From Acidobacteriota bacterium (GTDB lineage: Bacteria; Acidobacteriota; UBA6911; JACQSX01): 64,000 nt of DNA. The notes beneath the pieces were generated by a model. The model was not told the DNA's origin, did not search any database, and saw only the letters and a list, made by a program, of their open reading frames with translations. This document shows positions 1 to 10,161 of this stretch, piece by piece (position 1 is the stretch's first letter; each line of letters opens with the position of its first letter). The stretch covers positions 212,913-276,912 of the forward strand of contig JACQSX010000010.1 of NCBI GenBank assembly GCA_016211105.1, read 5' to 3'. Both the position numbers and the translations under genes were made by a program.

Positions 1-179
1 AAAATCTTCTCCCGGTAATCTTTCTGGAGTTTTTGAAAAAGAAGAACGTCGAGCAGTTCGTCGGCAGACTGCCTTTCTTCCGCTTCGCCCGAGAGAAAAA
101 GGAGCCAGCCCAGGTCGGCATTCTTGCCGCCGACAGACGCGAGCTTGCGGAGTTTTTCCTCGGTTTCACGGATTGGCAT
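1..179 (-). CDS. 5' part of an unknown protein running off the window edge
   Basis: Manual translation of minus strand from ATG at 179: MPIRETEEKLRKLASVGGKNADLGWLLFLSGE..., open to position 1. Confidence 0.55.
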   Translation of the reverse strand, partial: MPIRETEEKLRKLASVGGKNADLGWLLFLSGEAEERQSADELLDVLLFQKLQKDYREKI

Positions 180-391
180 TTCATCGAAAACCGACCATGA
201 CAACGCTTTAAGCTTTGTACTGCAAGTCGACTCACACAGGGTATGAGCCCCTCTCTGGATTCCTGGATTTACTCTATACTTGTCTCACCGCCGGCAGAGG
301 CGACGAGGAGTTCCATAGCACCCGGGCCGTCCGCTCCTCTCTGCGGTGCGCCTAAAGTTTATTAAGCAGCGGTTTCATTGACTCTTGTCAT

Positions 392-1210
392 ATGGCAGCG
401 GTTCCTAAACTCAAAGAAGCCCACCTCGAAGCAATCTGCGACATCATCGCGGAGACTGGAACAGGGCTCACGGGCAGCGAAATCAGCAAGTTGCTGGCGC
501 GTTGTGCCATCGACGATCCCTTACCCAAGTACACGAAGCGCGTCCGGCTGTTCGAGGCTTTGCGAACCAGACAGCAGCGCGATGACTGCGGCAACCACGT
601 TCTCAATTTCATCCAGACAGCAATGGATCCGGCGCGTTTTGTCGGAGCTCCGGGCGCATTCCACGCAATGCGGAGCCAACTCAATCAGGCGCTAGCTTTT
701 GCGGGCTTTCAGCTGAAAGAGGACGGCAAGCTCATGCCTGTATCAGAAGCCCGAACCCTGACTGAGGCTCAGGAGCGGGCAGGGCGGCTCCGAAGGGAAC
801 TGCTCGACCGGAAAGTTCACCCTGACGTTCTCAGATTTTGCAGGCCTGAACTTCTTCAGGAAAACTACTTTCACGCGGTCTTCGAAGCCACAAAAAGCGT
901 GGCACAGAAAATCAGGGACAAGACAGGCCTCACCGGCGACGGCGCTGAAATCGTCGACAGGGCTTTTGGGCTGGGCAATCCAATTTTGGCGATAAATACG
1001 CTCCAGACTGAAACAGAGCAGTCAGAACAAAAGGGTTTTGCGAACCTGCTGAAGGGCGTCTTCGGCACGTTTCGTAATGTGACAGGTCACGCTCCGAAAA
1101 TCTCCTGGTCGGTAAGCGAGCAGGACGCGCTCGACATCCTCTCAATCGTCTCGTATTTGCATCGGCGGCTCGACGCCGCTGTGCGGGTGCCTACAACCGC
1201 TCGCCCCTGA
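392..1210 (+). CDS. TIGR02391 family protein (AbiJ-N-terminal-like + Ymh-type C-terminal domain), defence-associated
   Basis: GLTGSEI N-terminus; NYFHAVFEATKS, GLTGDG, SEQKGFANLLKGVFGTFRN..H motifs. Confidence 0.85.
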   Translation: MAAVPKLKEAHLEAICDIIAETGTGLTGSEISKLLARCAIDDPLPKYTKRVRLFEALRTRQQRDDCGNHVLNFIQTAMDPARFVGAPGAFHAMRSQLNQALAFAGFQLKEDGKLMPVSEARTLTEAQERAGRLRRELLDRKVHPDVLRFCRPELLQENYFHAVFEATKSVAQKIRDKTGLTGDGAEIVDRAFGLGNPILAINTLQTETEQSEQKGFANLLKGVFGTFRNVTGHAPKISWSVSEQDALDILSIVSYLHRRLDAAVRVPTTARP

Positions 1211-1226
1211 CGGCGGCGCCCACGAT

Positions 1227-1547
1227 TCACGGCTTGCCATTCTTGCGCAGAAGCTGCTTCTGCAGGCCCAGGATGTCCTTGAAGCACCTGATTTCTTCGA
1301 GCAGCTTGTGCTGCTTCACCTTGTTGAATTTGTCGAGGAGAGTCTGCGCCTCTGCTTCAAGCCGGCTCAGTTCGGCGTCTTTCATCTGCTCCCTGTGCTG
1401 GATGACAAATTCAATCGACGCTTTCAGCTCAATCTCCGTCCTGCAGTACCGGGTCAGAAACTCAACCGCCGCATCCAGCTCGAACGCCTCGTATTTTTTC
1501 AAGAACTCGTCGTCATCCACTCCGCTCTCTGTTTCCATGGGCATCAC
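1227..1547 (-). CDS. hypothetical helical protein
   Basis: 106-aa ORF, charged helical composition, sits in intergenic space. Confidence 0.55.
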   Translation of the reverse strand: MMPMETESGVDDDEFLKKYEAFELDAAVEFLTRYCRTEIELKASIEFVIQHREQMKDAELSRLEAEAQTLLDKFNKVKQHKLLEEIRCFKDILGLQKQLLRKNGKP

Positions 1548-1653
1548 CGACGAGAAAACTGGAGCCCGGGAGTCTTAAGGGTTGTAGTGCTGACCGCCAC
1601 ATGGCTCCGTCAAGTGCTTCCAACTTTAGGCAATCACCGGTAAGATTGACCAA

Positions 1654-4089
1654 ATGTACCGGAGTACTCAGTCGGATAATGAGGACAGAGCCTACTCTGT
1701 TTTTGTCACCCATCGCCCGCGCCGAGTCGCCTTCATGGTTGACCCGAGCGCTACCCCAGATTTCGTTTTTGATGAGATTGCCGACTTTAACGTCGATTGT
1801 TGGGGCGGCAGACACAATCCCATCATTCCCGTCGTCAACAAGGGCATCCTTCCTTCTTACTGGCGCTTGCTAGAGATTGCGGACGCAGATCTAATCGTTT
1901 GCTGTTCTGAAATCGATCAGACGACAATCGAGGAACTGGATCGGCGTCTTGGACCCACCTCGATTGACTGCCGTTGGAAGTTCAGTTCCCGGTCGGAATT
2001 CCGTATTTCACTGGATAACCAGGCCTCAAACAAGAACATTCTGTTGAATCTGGGACAGTTTTATCCTTGGTATGCACGCCTGCCAGAGCCTTCTGTTCTG
2101 GTGTTCAATGTCGAGAAAACGGATACCAAGACGGTAAGCCCGTTTATACGCAGGAATTTCGGTGTCTCACGTGATGCCTACTTTCTGACCCGAGACCGCG
2201 GCGTCCGGGGAACGTTCCCGGATTCCGATTCCGACTCAGTTATCATTGAGTGCGTCGGGCAAACAGCAAACCTCGTTCTGCCTATGGAAATATGCCGATC
2301 TGCACCGTTGCGGCATACGGTCGCAGCAGCTTGGCCGCATAAGTTTCTCATTTGCTACGGAGATAGCCCTTGGACCTTCCTTCGCTTTTGGAATGATGCC
2401 CATCTGAAGAGCTATCATAGCGGGGCGAGCACTGGGATTGACCAACTGTGGCTGCCTTCCAAGACCTTCAAGGACACGGCCGCATACGAAGCCCTAATCA
2501 CATTAATCAGGCGGAGAGTCTTCACAAGCGGTCGTCAGCGTGAGATGACACTCGCCTCGGTCGAAGTCGGCACGGCGGAGTTGAGAGACATTGCAGAGCG
2601 GATTTGCCGCGACACCAACTCGAATCTGTATCCTGGTGCACCCGAACTCATAGAACAGGATGGCTTTCCGATATGCGAGATCGGAGGCCCACCATTCGGG
2701 CTAGATCGCAGACTTCCTCAACACGCGCATGTTCGAGGCACGCCTGTGTTCATTGGCTTTGACCGACCCCGAGAGGTTGATAATGAGGGTAACGACATTT
2801 GGATGGCGGATCTCAGGGTCGAAGACCCGTACCAGGACAAATACTACTCCAACGCCAACCTCTGGTGGAGACTTCCTAAGCGTCAAAGTCTGGGAGGCCT
2901 GTTTACGCGTGGTGACTCAACAAATCGACATCGACCCTCTCGCGTCGGAGCTGATGGGGAATTGTCAGTCGAAGTGACAGCCAGGGATCAAGCCGTCCGC
3001 CTAACTTTACCGTCGCTACCGGCGCTGTTTCATTCGCTTTTGCTCCCAGAGAGTTGGCTCGTAACGAGAATGGATCTCCGGGATGGAATGCGCCGCAGTT
3101 ATGAAGAGACCCTGACACTTTCTGAAAAGGGAAAATATCTCAACGGCGTTCTCAACCTATTTTCATCGCTGTCAGAAGCAGTATATTTCTTTGAGAATCG
3201 GTTCTGGCGGGGGCTGCTGGAACAACTGTGCTGTCCTCGACTCTCGGAACAGGTGCGAAGTAAAGCCTCGAAGGACATTTCGAGAGACGCAGAGACCTTT
3301 ATCCGGGATTATCATGAGGACAGGACGGCTGCCATTGAATGGTTGACGGAAAAGGTGGTTCAAGCAGGAGATAAAATCCCGCTCGCCAATCAACCAATTC
3401 GATTCGTCGAGGTCGAGAAATGGCATATGCGGTTTCTTGAACAATTACCTGCAGAGTGGGCTGCGGCAGCCGCTGCTCATGAGAATATGCAACAACGGAT
3501 CTCCGACCTTACGCTTAATAGGGTTTTGCTCCAGGGGGCTGAGATTCACTGCAATTATTGCATGTCCACGTTTTGGTATCATGTCGATGAGTTGTCTGCG
3601 CTTTTAACATGTACGGGCTGCAGAAGCGAAATTGCACTTCCCGCAGAGACGATCTGGTGCTATCGACCAAACGAGCTTGTTCGAGCGGCAGTCAGGTACC
3701 AAGGGGTGGTGCCAGTGATAAGGGTTATCGGCCGGCTCTTTGAGGATGCAAGGGACTGCTTTAAGTTTCTGGCTGGCGCCGTTCTGTTTGACTACAAGCG
3801 CGACAAGCGAACAGCTGAGATAGACCTCTGTTGGATGCTGGATGGAGAGTTTGGTCTTGCGGAGGTGAAACAATCGTCGAGACTGTTTGGCCCTGGAGCT
3901 TGTGAAAACCTCATACGGGTAGCGCAGACTGCACGACCAGACAGGGTTCTTGTCGCCGCAACCGACGGTGAAGACCAAGATCTAGAGCGGACGCGGGAGA
4001 AGTTGGTGAAATCGCTTGCACCGCTCGGAATGAAGGTCGATGTTTGGGGTCCGGGATCGTTTAGCACTCTCTCTCCCCGAGCTATCTAG
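1654..4089 (+). CDS. large hypothetical protein with CxxC/CxxC zinc ribbon and C-terminal PD-(D/E)XK-like nuclease motif
   Basis: 811 aa; CNYC...CTGC; EID...AEVK near the C-terminus. Confidence 0.7.
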   Translation: MYRSTQSDNEDRAYSVFVTHRPRRVAFMVDPSATPDFVFDEIADFNVDCWGGRHNPIIPVVNKGILPSYWRLLEIADADLIVCCSEIDQTTIEELDRRLGPTSIDCRWKFSSRSEFRISLDNQASNKNILLNLGQFYPWYARLPEPSVLVFNVEKTDTKTVSPFIRRNFGVSRDAYFLTRDRGVRGTFPDSDSDSVIIECVGQTANLVLPMEICRSAPLRHTVAAAWPHKFLICYGDSPWTFLRFWNDAHLKSYHSGASTGIDQLWLPSKTFKDTAAYEALITLIRRRVFTSGRQREMTLASVEVGTAELRDIAERICRDTNSNLYPGAPELIEQDGFPICEIGGPPFGLDRRLPQHAHVRGTPVFIGFDRPREVDNEGNDIWMADLRVEDPYQDKYYSNANLWWRLPKRQSLGGLFTRGDSTNRHRPSRVGADGELSVEVTARDQAVRLTLPSLPALFHSLLLPESWLVTRMDLRDGMRRSYEETLTLSEKGKYLNGVLNLFSSLSEAVYFFENRFWRGLLEQLCCPRLSEQVRSKASKDISRDAETFIRDYHEDRTAAIEWLTEKVVQAGDKIPLANQPIRFVEVEKWHMRFLEQLPAEWAAAAAAHENMQQRISDLTLNRVLLQGAEIHCNYCMSTFWYHVDELSALLTCTGCRSEIALPAETIWCYRPNELVRAAVRYQGVVPVIRVIGRLFEDARDCFKFLAGAVLFDYKRDKRTAEIDLCWMLDGEFGLAEVKQSSRLFGPGACENLIRVAQTARPDRVLVAATDGEDQDLERTREKLVKSLAPLGMKVDVWGPGSFSTLSPRAI

Positions 4090-4126
4090 ATGAAGTCGGC
4101 CCTCCTGCGGGGAGTATGGCCTGAGC

Positions 4127-7100
4127 TCACATCGCCGCGTAAACCCCGCGCCCCTCACCCGGGTACGAATCGTAAACGTGCTGGTAGATGAGTTCGCACT
4201 TGCCGTTGAAAAGCTCAGGTCCGAATTTCTCTGGCAGGCCTTTGTCGAGCACATCCTGAATCGCGACAAGCACCTGCGCCCGGGATTGTTGGCGTTTCCG
4301 CCAATCCAGAATCAGTTTTTCAGATTTCAGCGTGCCCAGCAGGTCCTTTGCCACTTTCTTGAGCTGGCCGCGTTCTTTCTGCGTCAGGTCCATCTCCGGC
4401 TTCGTTAGGAGATCGAATATCGCAAGTTCCTCCTCGGTAAGGCTTTCGGAGATGGCTCTTTTTTCCTCGACATTCAGCTCTTTGGCAAACTCCAACAGTT
4501 GCTTGAAGAAGATTTCCACGTTAATCGCGCCTGAATTGTATTCGTCGAGCATTTTTTGGAGACGGTCTCTGAAATCCACCCGGGTGCGGTTCATCCTGAG
4601 CATTTTCTCCAGCGTTTGCTCCACGAGGGAACGAAGCCGCTCCGTCTCGGTCCGCTTGCGGCTGACAGCGAATCGCTCTTTCAGAGCCTCGAAGTCTATC
4701 TGGCTCAAGTCGACGTAACGCTCTTCTTTCTCTTCGCCTGACTGGTGCCCGATGACGTAGGCTTCGGCGGCAACCGAGCGATCCAAAAGCTTTTCAACGT
4801 CGTCCATCACGCCTGAAATGTCAGCCTGGGGAGCGAGGGACTTTATCCGCTCTGCTATGACGGCAACAACATTGCGCCGTTCCAGAAACTCGTTTCCTCT
4901 CGGATCAGGCAGAATCGCTCGAAAGAGCCTGACGGCGTCTGAGACCATGAAGAGAAACTGGCGCTTTGTCTGGTCGTTGACCATGATTGCTTCGGCAGCG
5001 TCCTTGATGAGGCGCACACGCTCGAACTTGACTGCTTCCCTGATTTTGTCGGCGTTGACGCCGTGGTCGGAGCAGAATGCCTCCACCCTCTCGATGGCTG
5101 CTCGCAAGAGCTCGACCAGCCTGTCTTTCGAAAGAACCGGGGTTTCCCCTCCCCCAATCGTGCCGCCATGGCCAGAGCCGTAGATGGCAAGTGCTTTCTG
5201 CAGGTTGCGGAAGACGCCGACGTAATCGACGATAAGCCCATTCACCTTGTCGCGAAAGACTCGATTAGCTCTCGCAATCGTCTGCATCAAGGTGTGGTTG
5301 CGCATCGGTTTGTCGAGGTAAATTGTTGAGCAGCAGGGAACATCAAAGCCGGTCATCCACATGGCGCAGACAAACACGATTCGAAATGGGTCGTCTGCGT
5401 TCTTGAATTTTCTATCCAGGTCTTGCTTCACCATGCGCTGGCGGTGAGGAAGGATATCCAGGCCCTTTTTCTTCATCTCCTCAATCTCGTTCTGGGATTG
5501 GGAAATCACGACGGCCATGTCAGTTTCAGCCATGTACTTGATCTTTTCTTCCAGCTCTTCGCGTTGCGGGCCTTCAGAGGTTGTTACCAGCTGCTTTCGA
5601 AGATTCGCGAGATGCTGCTGCCAGTGCTTTCTGACTTTGTCGTACATACGGACAGCGGTTGCCTTGTCGACTGAGACAACCATTGCCTTGTCCCGGTATC
5701 CTCGCCCCATGAAATGCGCCACGATGTCCTCGGCGATTGTCTCCAGCCGGTCATCCCTGGTGATGAGGTGGTATTGACGGGAAAATTCACGCTCCAGCTT
5801 CTTCTCCTGCTCTTCGTCGAGCTCAGCGTTTTCAAGCAGAGCTTCCATTTCCCCATTGAAGTCCTTATTGGTGAGCTGGAGCTCTGGAATGCGGTTTTCG
5901 TAGTAAAGCGGCACCGTCGAGCGGTCATCCAGTGATTGCTTGAAGTCATAAATGCTGACATAGTCGCCAAAGACGTCGCGCGTCTTTTCCTCCCCGACAA
6001 TCAAAGGTGTGCCAGTGAAAGCCAGGAATGCTGCCTTAGGAAGGGCATCACGCATGTTCTTCGCTAGAATGTCGTACTGTGTGCGATGTGCCTCGTCAGT
6101 CATGATAATGACATCAGACCTGGCCGAAATGACTGGATGCCGCTGGCCACGCTCGGTGCGGAATTTATGGATGATTGTGAAGACATGCCTGTGGTCCTCG
6201 GAAAGCAGCTGCCTGAGGTGGGCGCTGCTTGTGGCATGCACATCAGGCTCGATGACCAGTGAGGCGTTGGCGAACTTTTCGTAGATTTGGGTATCTAAAT
6301 CGTCGCGGTCAGTCACAATTACAAACGTCCATCTGCCGGGAATCTTTCTCAGCACTTTCTGTGAAAAAAACATCATCGCATAGGTTTTGCCGCTGCCCTG
6401 AGTGTGCCAAAACACGCCAAGCTTGCCTTGGTTCTGTTTAATTTGTGCCAGAGCCCGAATGCTGTTGTTGACGCCGAGAAACTGATGGTACTTGGCAAGA
6501 ATCTTTACGAGCGGGCCAAATTCAGTCGTGAAAAGGATGAAGTTTTCGAGAATGTCGATGAAACGAGTTTTCTCGCACGTGCCCCGGATTGCGGTTTCCA
6601 GCGAAACGATGCCTGGCTCTTCCTCGCTGCTTATCTTCTTCCATTCGCTGAAATGCTCCCACGGCGCCGTCATTGTGCCCACTTTGCTCTCGCTGCCGTT
6701 GGATAGGATGATGAAGGCGTTGTACCAAAAAAGCTGGGGAATCGTTGACTTGTAGTCGCAGAGGTTCTTGTCGAAGGCATTCTTGAGATTCTTGTGAACG
6801 GCCTTTAATTCCACGAAGATGAGGGGCAATCCATTGACAAAGCCCAGCAAGTCCACTCGGCGCTTGTAAATCTCGCCTGCAATCCAGAATTGCGACGCCA
6901 GAAAGAAGTCGTTGTTCCCGGCATTGTCCCAATCAATGACCCTGACCGTCTCGGTTTCCTGAGCGCCGTTCTCGTCGGTAATGGTCACATGGACGCCGTC
7001 TTTTAGGAGCCGGTACACCTCACGATTGGCAACAACAGGGTTCAAAGCGCTGCGGTCCTGCGTGAGCTGCTCAACAGCCAGGTCAATTGTGCCACTGGGC

Positions 7101-7300
7101 AAATCAGGATTCAGCTTCTGAAGAGAGGATCTCAGTTTCGGAACCAGCACAACTTCTTGCGTCGTCGTGCGTCCGAGCGTTGCGCTGTCGCCGCCACATT
7201 TCTCGTAAAAGCAGTTCGCCGCCTTCCAGTCCAATTCCTCAAACAGCGCGATTGCCGGCCGCTCGATGAGGGCGTCTTCGGAGTACCCGCCAGGCATCAT
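4127..7300 (-). CDS. hsdR: type I restriction enzyme R subunit
   Basis: FVELK nuclease motif, HTQGSGKT, DEAHR, FTGTP, MWMTGFD, QTIARANR. Confidence 0.97.
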   Translation of the reverse strand: MMPGGYSEDALIERPAIALFEELDWKAANCFYEKCGGDSATLGRTTTQEVVLVPKLRSSLQKLNPDLPSGTIDLAVEQLTQDRSALNPVVANREVYRLLKDGVHVTITDENGAQETETVRVIDWDNAGNNDFFLASQFWIAGEIYKRRVDLLGFVNGLPLIFVELKAVHKNLKNAFDKNLCDYKSTIPQLFWYNAFIILSNGSESKVGTMTAPWEHFSEWKKISSEEEPGIVSLETAIRGTCEKTRFIDILENFILFTTEFGPLVKILAKYHQFLGVNNSIRALAQIKQNQGKLGVFWHTQGSGKTYAMMFFSQKVLRKIPGRWTFVIVTDRDDLDTQIYEKFANASLVIEPDVHATSSAHLRQLLSEDHRHVFTIIHKFRTERGQRHPVISARSDVIIMTDEAHRTQYDILAKNMRDALPKAAFLAFTGTPLIVGEEKTRDVFGDYVSIYDFKQSLDDRSTVPLYYENRIPELQLTNKDFNGEMEALLENAELDEEQEKKLEREFSRQYHLITRDDRLETIAEDIVAHFMGRGYRDKAMVVSVDKATAVRMYDKVRKHWQQHLANLRKQLVTTSEGPQREELEEKIKYMAETDMAVVISQSQNEIEEMKKKGLDILPHRQRMVKQDLDRKFKNADDPFRIVFVCAMWMTGFDVPCCSTIYLDKPMRNHTLMQTIARANRVFRDKVNGLIVDYVGVFRNLQKALAIYGSGHGGTIGGGETPVLSKDRLVELLRAAIERVEAFCSDHGVNADKIREAVKFERVRLIKDAAEAIMVNDQTKRQFLFMVSDAVRLFRAILPDPRGNEFLERRNVVAVIAERIKSLAPQADISGVMDDVEKLLDRSVAAEAYVIGHQSGEEKEERYVDLSQIDFEALKERFAVSRKRTETERLRSLVEQTLEKMLRMNRTRVDFRDRLQKMLDEYNSGAINVEIFFKQLLEFAKELNVEEKRAISESLTEEELAIFDLLTKPEMDLTQKERGQLKKVAKDLLGTLKSEKLILDWRKRQQSRAQVLVAIQDVLDKGLPEKFGPELFNGKCELIYQHVYDSYPGEGRGVYAAM

Positions 7301-8526
7301 GCCATCGTCGCCTCTGTCTTGATGTCCATCTCGGACACATCAATCTCACCTGAAATCAATCTTGGAAGAAGCAGATCGCGGGTTTGGCGGAGAGCAAACG
7401 TTTTCTTCGCAAGAACATCAATAAACTCGAACAATGGTCTTACTGTTTCACCAAACGACTGCGACATCTTCGACGGTGCCGTCACGATTGTCTTCGCTGT
7501 GAGCTCGGTCCAATGTCGCTTGTACTCTTGGGTCGTCACGAGATCCCGTACGAGGAAAAATAAGTAGTAAATGGAAAAGCCCTCCTGTCCGATGAAGGGC
7601 ACCACGTTCGGGCCGATAGAAAAGGGCTCGACCATCAGCCTCATTTTGCAGGTGTGGTCACCAAAGGCAATTACGGGATTTTCAGGCGAGGCCAGATGAT
7701 CGGCGTTGTTATCGTGAAATCCCAAAAGCTCATCTCGCGATTGGTCAATCACTGGCACCGAGCCGACTGCATTAACTTCAGATTCAATATAGACGGTCCC
7801 GGCCTTCAGCCGCTTTAGAACTCCCCTGACTGTCTTAACCTCCCACCCCTTCGGAATCAGCCCCAGCTCCGAGTCGACCATCTTCACGTTCTCGTGTCCG
7901 GGGAAACGAAAGTCGACGAACCACTCTCGGTAAATCCTCTGCGCCATCTCGTCAAGAATCTGGATTCGGCGGATGTTGTTCTCGATGAGCTCGTCGTAGG
8001 CGGAAAGGATGGCGGCGATCCGCCGCTGTATCGGGAGCAGGGGAATTTCAATTGGCTCACGCTCTGAGAATGTCGTCCACTGGAAACGAGCCACGCCGGT
8101 ATGCTGCGTGTGATACGCGTGCATCAAACCAGAGGCATAGAGTTGCTGGAGATACCAGAACATGAATTCCGGGTCGCAAAGCTTGGTGTTGAAACGGATG
8201 AAGCGACTGAAACTTGCGCACGTGAACGGAAGCTCGGACCGTGAGAATAACTGTGGGCGAAGCAAAACCGTTCGACCAGTGATTTGATCCTTCGTTCCGC
8301 CAGCCGCTTCGATTATCAGATCCCACGGCTGAAGCGTTTTTCTCTCGGCAATTCGCTTGGGAATATGACGCCGTGGAGTTGAAGCAGCGTTGCCGAACCG
8401 CACGTTCTCGAAGTCCGTTCCCCGGATTGCGAGCATTTCAACAGAGTCCTTGAACGGCTCGCCCTTTCCCCACTCTCCATCTTTTGAGATGGTGATAAGG
8501 TCTTTGAGAACGCACTCCATCGTCAC
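7297..8526 (-). CDS. hsdS: type I restriction enzyme specificity subunit
   Basis: [55 protein letters not shown]; 4-bp overlaps with both neighbours. Confidence 0.95.
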   Translation of the reverse strand: MTMECVLKDLITISKDGEWGKGEPFKDSVEMLAIRGTDFENVRFGNAASTPRRHIPKRIAERKTLQPWDLIIEAAGGTKDQITGRTVLLRPQLFSRSELPFTCASFSRFIRFNTKLCDPEFMFWYLQQLYASGLMHAYHTQHTGVARFQWTTFSEREPIEIPLLPIQRRIAAILSAYDELIENNIRRIQILDEMAQRIYREWFVDFRFPGHENVKMVDSELGLIPKGWEVKTVRGVLKRLKAGTVYIESEVNAVGSVPVIDQSRDELLGFHDNNADHLASPENPVIAFGDHTCKMRLMVEPFSIGPNVVPFIGQEGFSIYYLFFLVRDLVTTQEYKRHWTELTAKTIVTAPSKMSQSFGETVRPLFEFIDVLAKKTFALRQTRDLLLPRLISGEIDVSEMDIKTEATMA

Positions 8527-10076
8527 GCCTCCAGAATCTTCGCGACGTTGCGCGCAATCGTCTCTTGGAGGCTAAGCGCCTCAGCGTTCAAGAGTTCCAA
8601 TTCCTCGCTGAGCTCTTCAAGCCTTTCGCTGAAGTCAAAGTCATCGGCGGCACGCTCGGTTACGCCGACGTACCTTCCAGGATTCAGGCTCCAGCCTTGT
8701 CCTTCAATCTCTTTTATAGAAGCGACCTTGCAAAGCCCAAGAACGTCACGATATTTGCCTTTGGGAAAATGCTCCTCAACTAGCGCCTTGCCCCCTTTGA
8801 AAGTTTCGATTGATTCGTCACGGTAAAGCCGAACGATATTTGCAATAAACTCAATTTGCGCCGGAGTGAACTCCCGGTGAGCCCGATCAACTTGCGTGAA
8901 AATATGGCGGGCGTCGATAAACAGGACTTTGTTCTTCCGCTCCGTCTTTCTTTTCCCCTTGTCGAGGAACCAGAGCGTGCACGGAAGCGTAACGGTGTAA
9001 AAGAAATTTGCCCCGACGGCGATCATTACGTCGACGCCTTGCTCTTCGATCAATTTCCTCCGAATCTCCAACTCTGAGCTGCGAGCGTCGCTTGCAGAAT
9101 TGGCCATGACGAATCCGGCGCGCCCTTTGTCGTTCAGCGACGACCAAAAGATTTCGATCCACAGATAATTTGCTTTATCGACACGGGGGAGGCCGAGGCC
9201 GAAGCGTTTATCGTCCTTGAGCTTTTCCTTGTCGACGCCATCCACGTTAAACGGAGGATTCGCCATGACGAAATCGAACTTGCCGAGGCTGCGGTGCTCG
9301 TCTTCATAATAGGAATTGCCCTGCTTGATGTCGCCTTCCAGGCCGTGAACGGCCAGGTTCATTCGGCACAGCCTCACGGTCTCTGCGACTTTTTCCTCGC
9401 CGTAAATCGAGATCTCGTCTGGTGTTTTCTGATGGCTCTTTACGAAGTCCGCGCTTTGGACGAACATGCCGCCCGAACCACAAGCAGGGTCGAAAATCTT
9501 TCCATGAAAGGGCTCGATGACCTCGACAATCAGCCGAACCAGAGACCTGGGCGTGAAGAATTCGCCGCCTCTTTGTCCTTCAGCCATTGCGAACTTGCCG
9601 AGGAAATATTCATAGGTCTTTCCGAAAACATCACCCTCGAAATCCATCTCAATCTTGGAAAATGTTCTCAAAAGGGCAACCAGCGTGTCGTTCTCCAGCC
9701 GGTTGTAATCCTTTGGCAGGACCCCTCGCAGCTGCTCGTTATCCTCCTCTACAGATTTCATCGCCTCGTTAATGTCCTTGCCGATGTTGGCGCCCTCGGG
9801 TAAATCGAGCAGGCGTGAGTAGCGGGCTTTTGCCGAAATGTAGAGGACACCCCGGGCGTGAAAATCAGTTTTCGAAATGGCTTTTCGACGAGAGCCGGCA
9901 CCGCCCTTTTCAAATTCCTTGTTCAGAACCGTGAACTTGTGGTCGGCGTATCGCAGGAAAATGAGACCGAGAACCGGAACCGCATATTCTGACGACTTCA
10001 GACGAGAATTAGCCCGGAGCTGGTCTGCGGACTCCCACAGGCGCTTCTCGATTTCGGAATTGTTGCTGACTGCCAT
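8523..10076 (-). CDS. hsdM: type I restriction-modification N6-adenine methyltransferase
   Basis: [20 protein letters not shown]. Confidence 0.97.
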   Translation of the reverse strand: MAVSNNSEIEKRLWESADQLRANSRLKSSEYAVPVLGLIFLRYADHKFTVLNKEFEKGGAGSRRKAISKTDFHARGVLYISAKARYSRLLDLPEGANIGKDINEAMKSVEEDNEQLRGVLPKDYNRLENDTLVALLRTFSKIEMDFEGDVFGKTYEYFLGKFAMAEGQRGGEFFTPRSLVRLIVEVIEPFHGKIFDPACGSGGMFVQSADFVKSHQKTPDEISIYGEEKVAETVRLCRMNLAVHGLEGDIKQGNSYYEDEHRSLGKFDFVMANPPFNVDGVDKEKLKDDKRFGLGLPRVDKANYLWIEIFWSSLNDKGRAGFVMANSASDARSSELEIRRKLIEEQGVDVMIAVGANFFYTVTLPCTLWFLDKGKRKTERKNKVLFIDARHIFTQVDRAHREFTPAQIEFIANIVRLYRDESIETFKGGKALVEEHFPKGKYRDVLGLCKVASIKEIEGQGWSLNPGRYVGVTERAADDFDFSERLEELSEELELLNAEALSLQETIARNVAKILEA

Positions 10077-10161
10077 TTTGGAAGACCTCCGACTCTTTGT
10101 AAATCACGACGATAAATAATGCGTTGTCAATCAATTAGAAGGAGATGATTAATAAAGGTTT

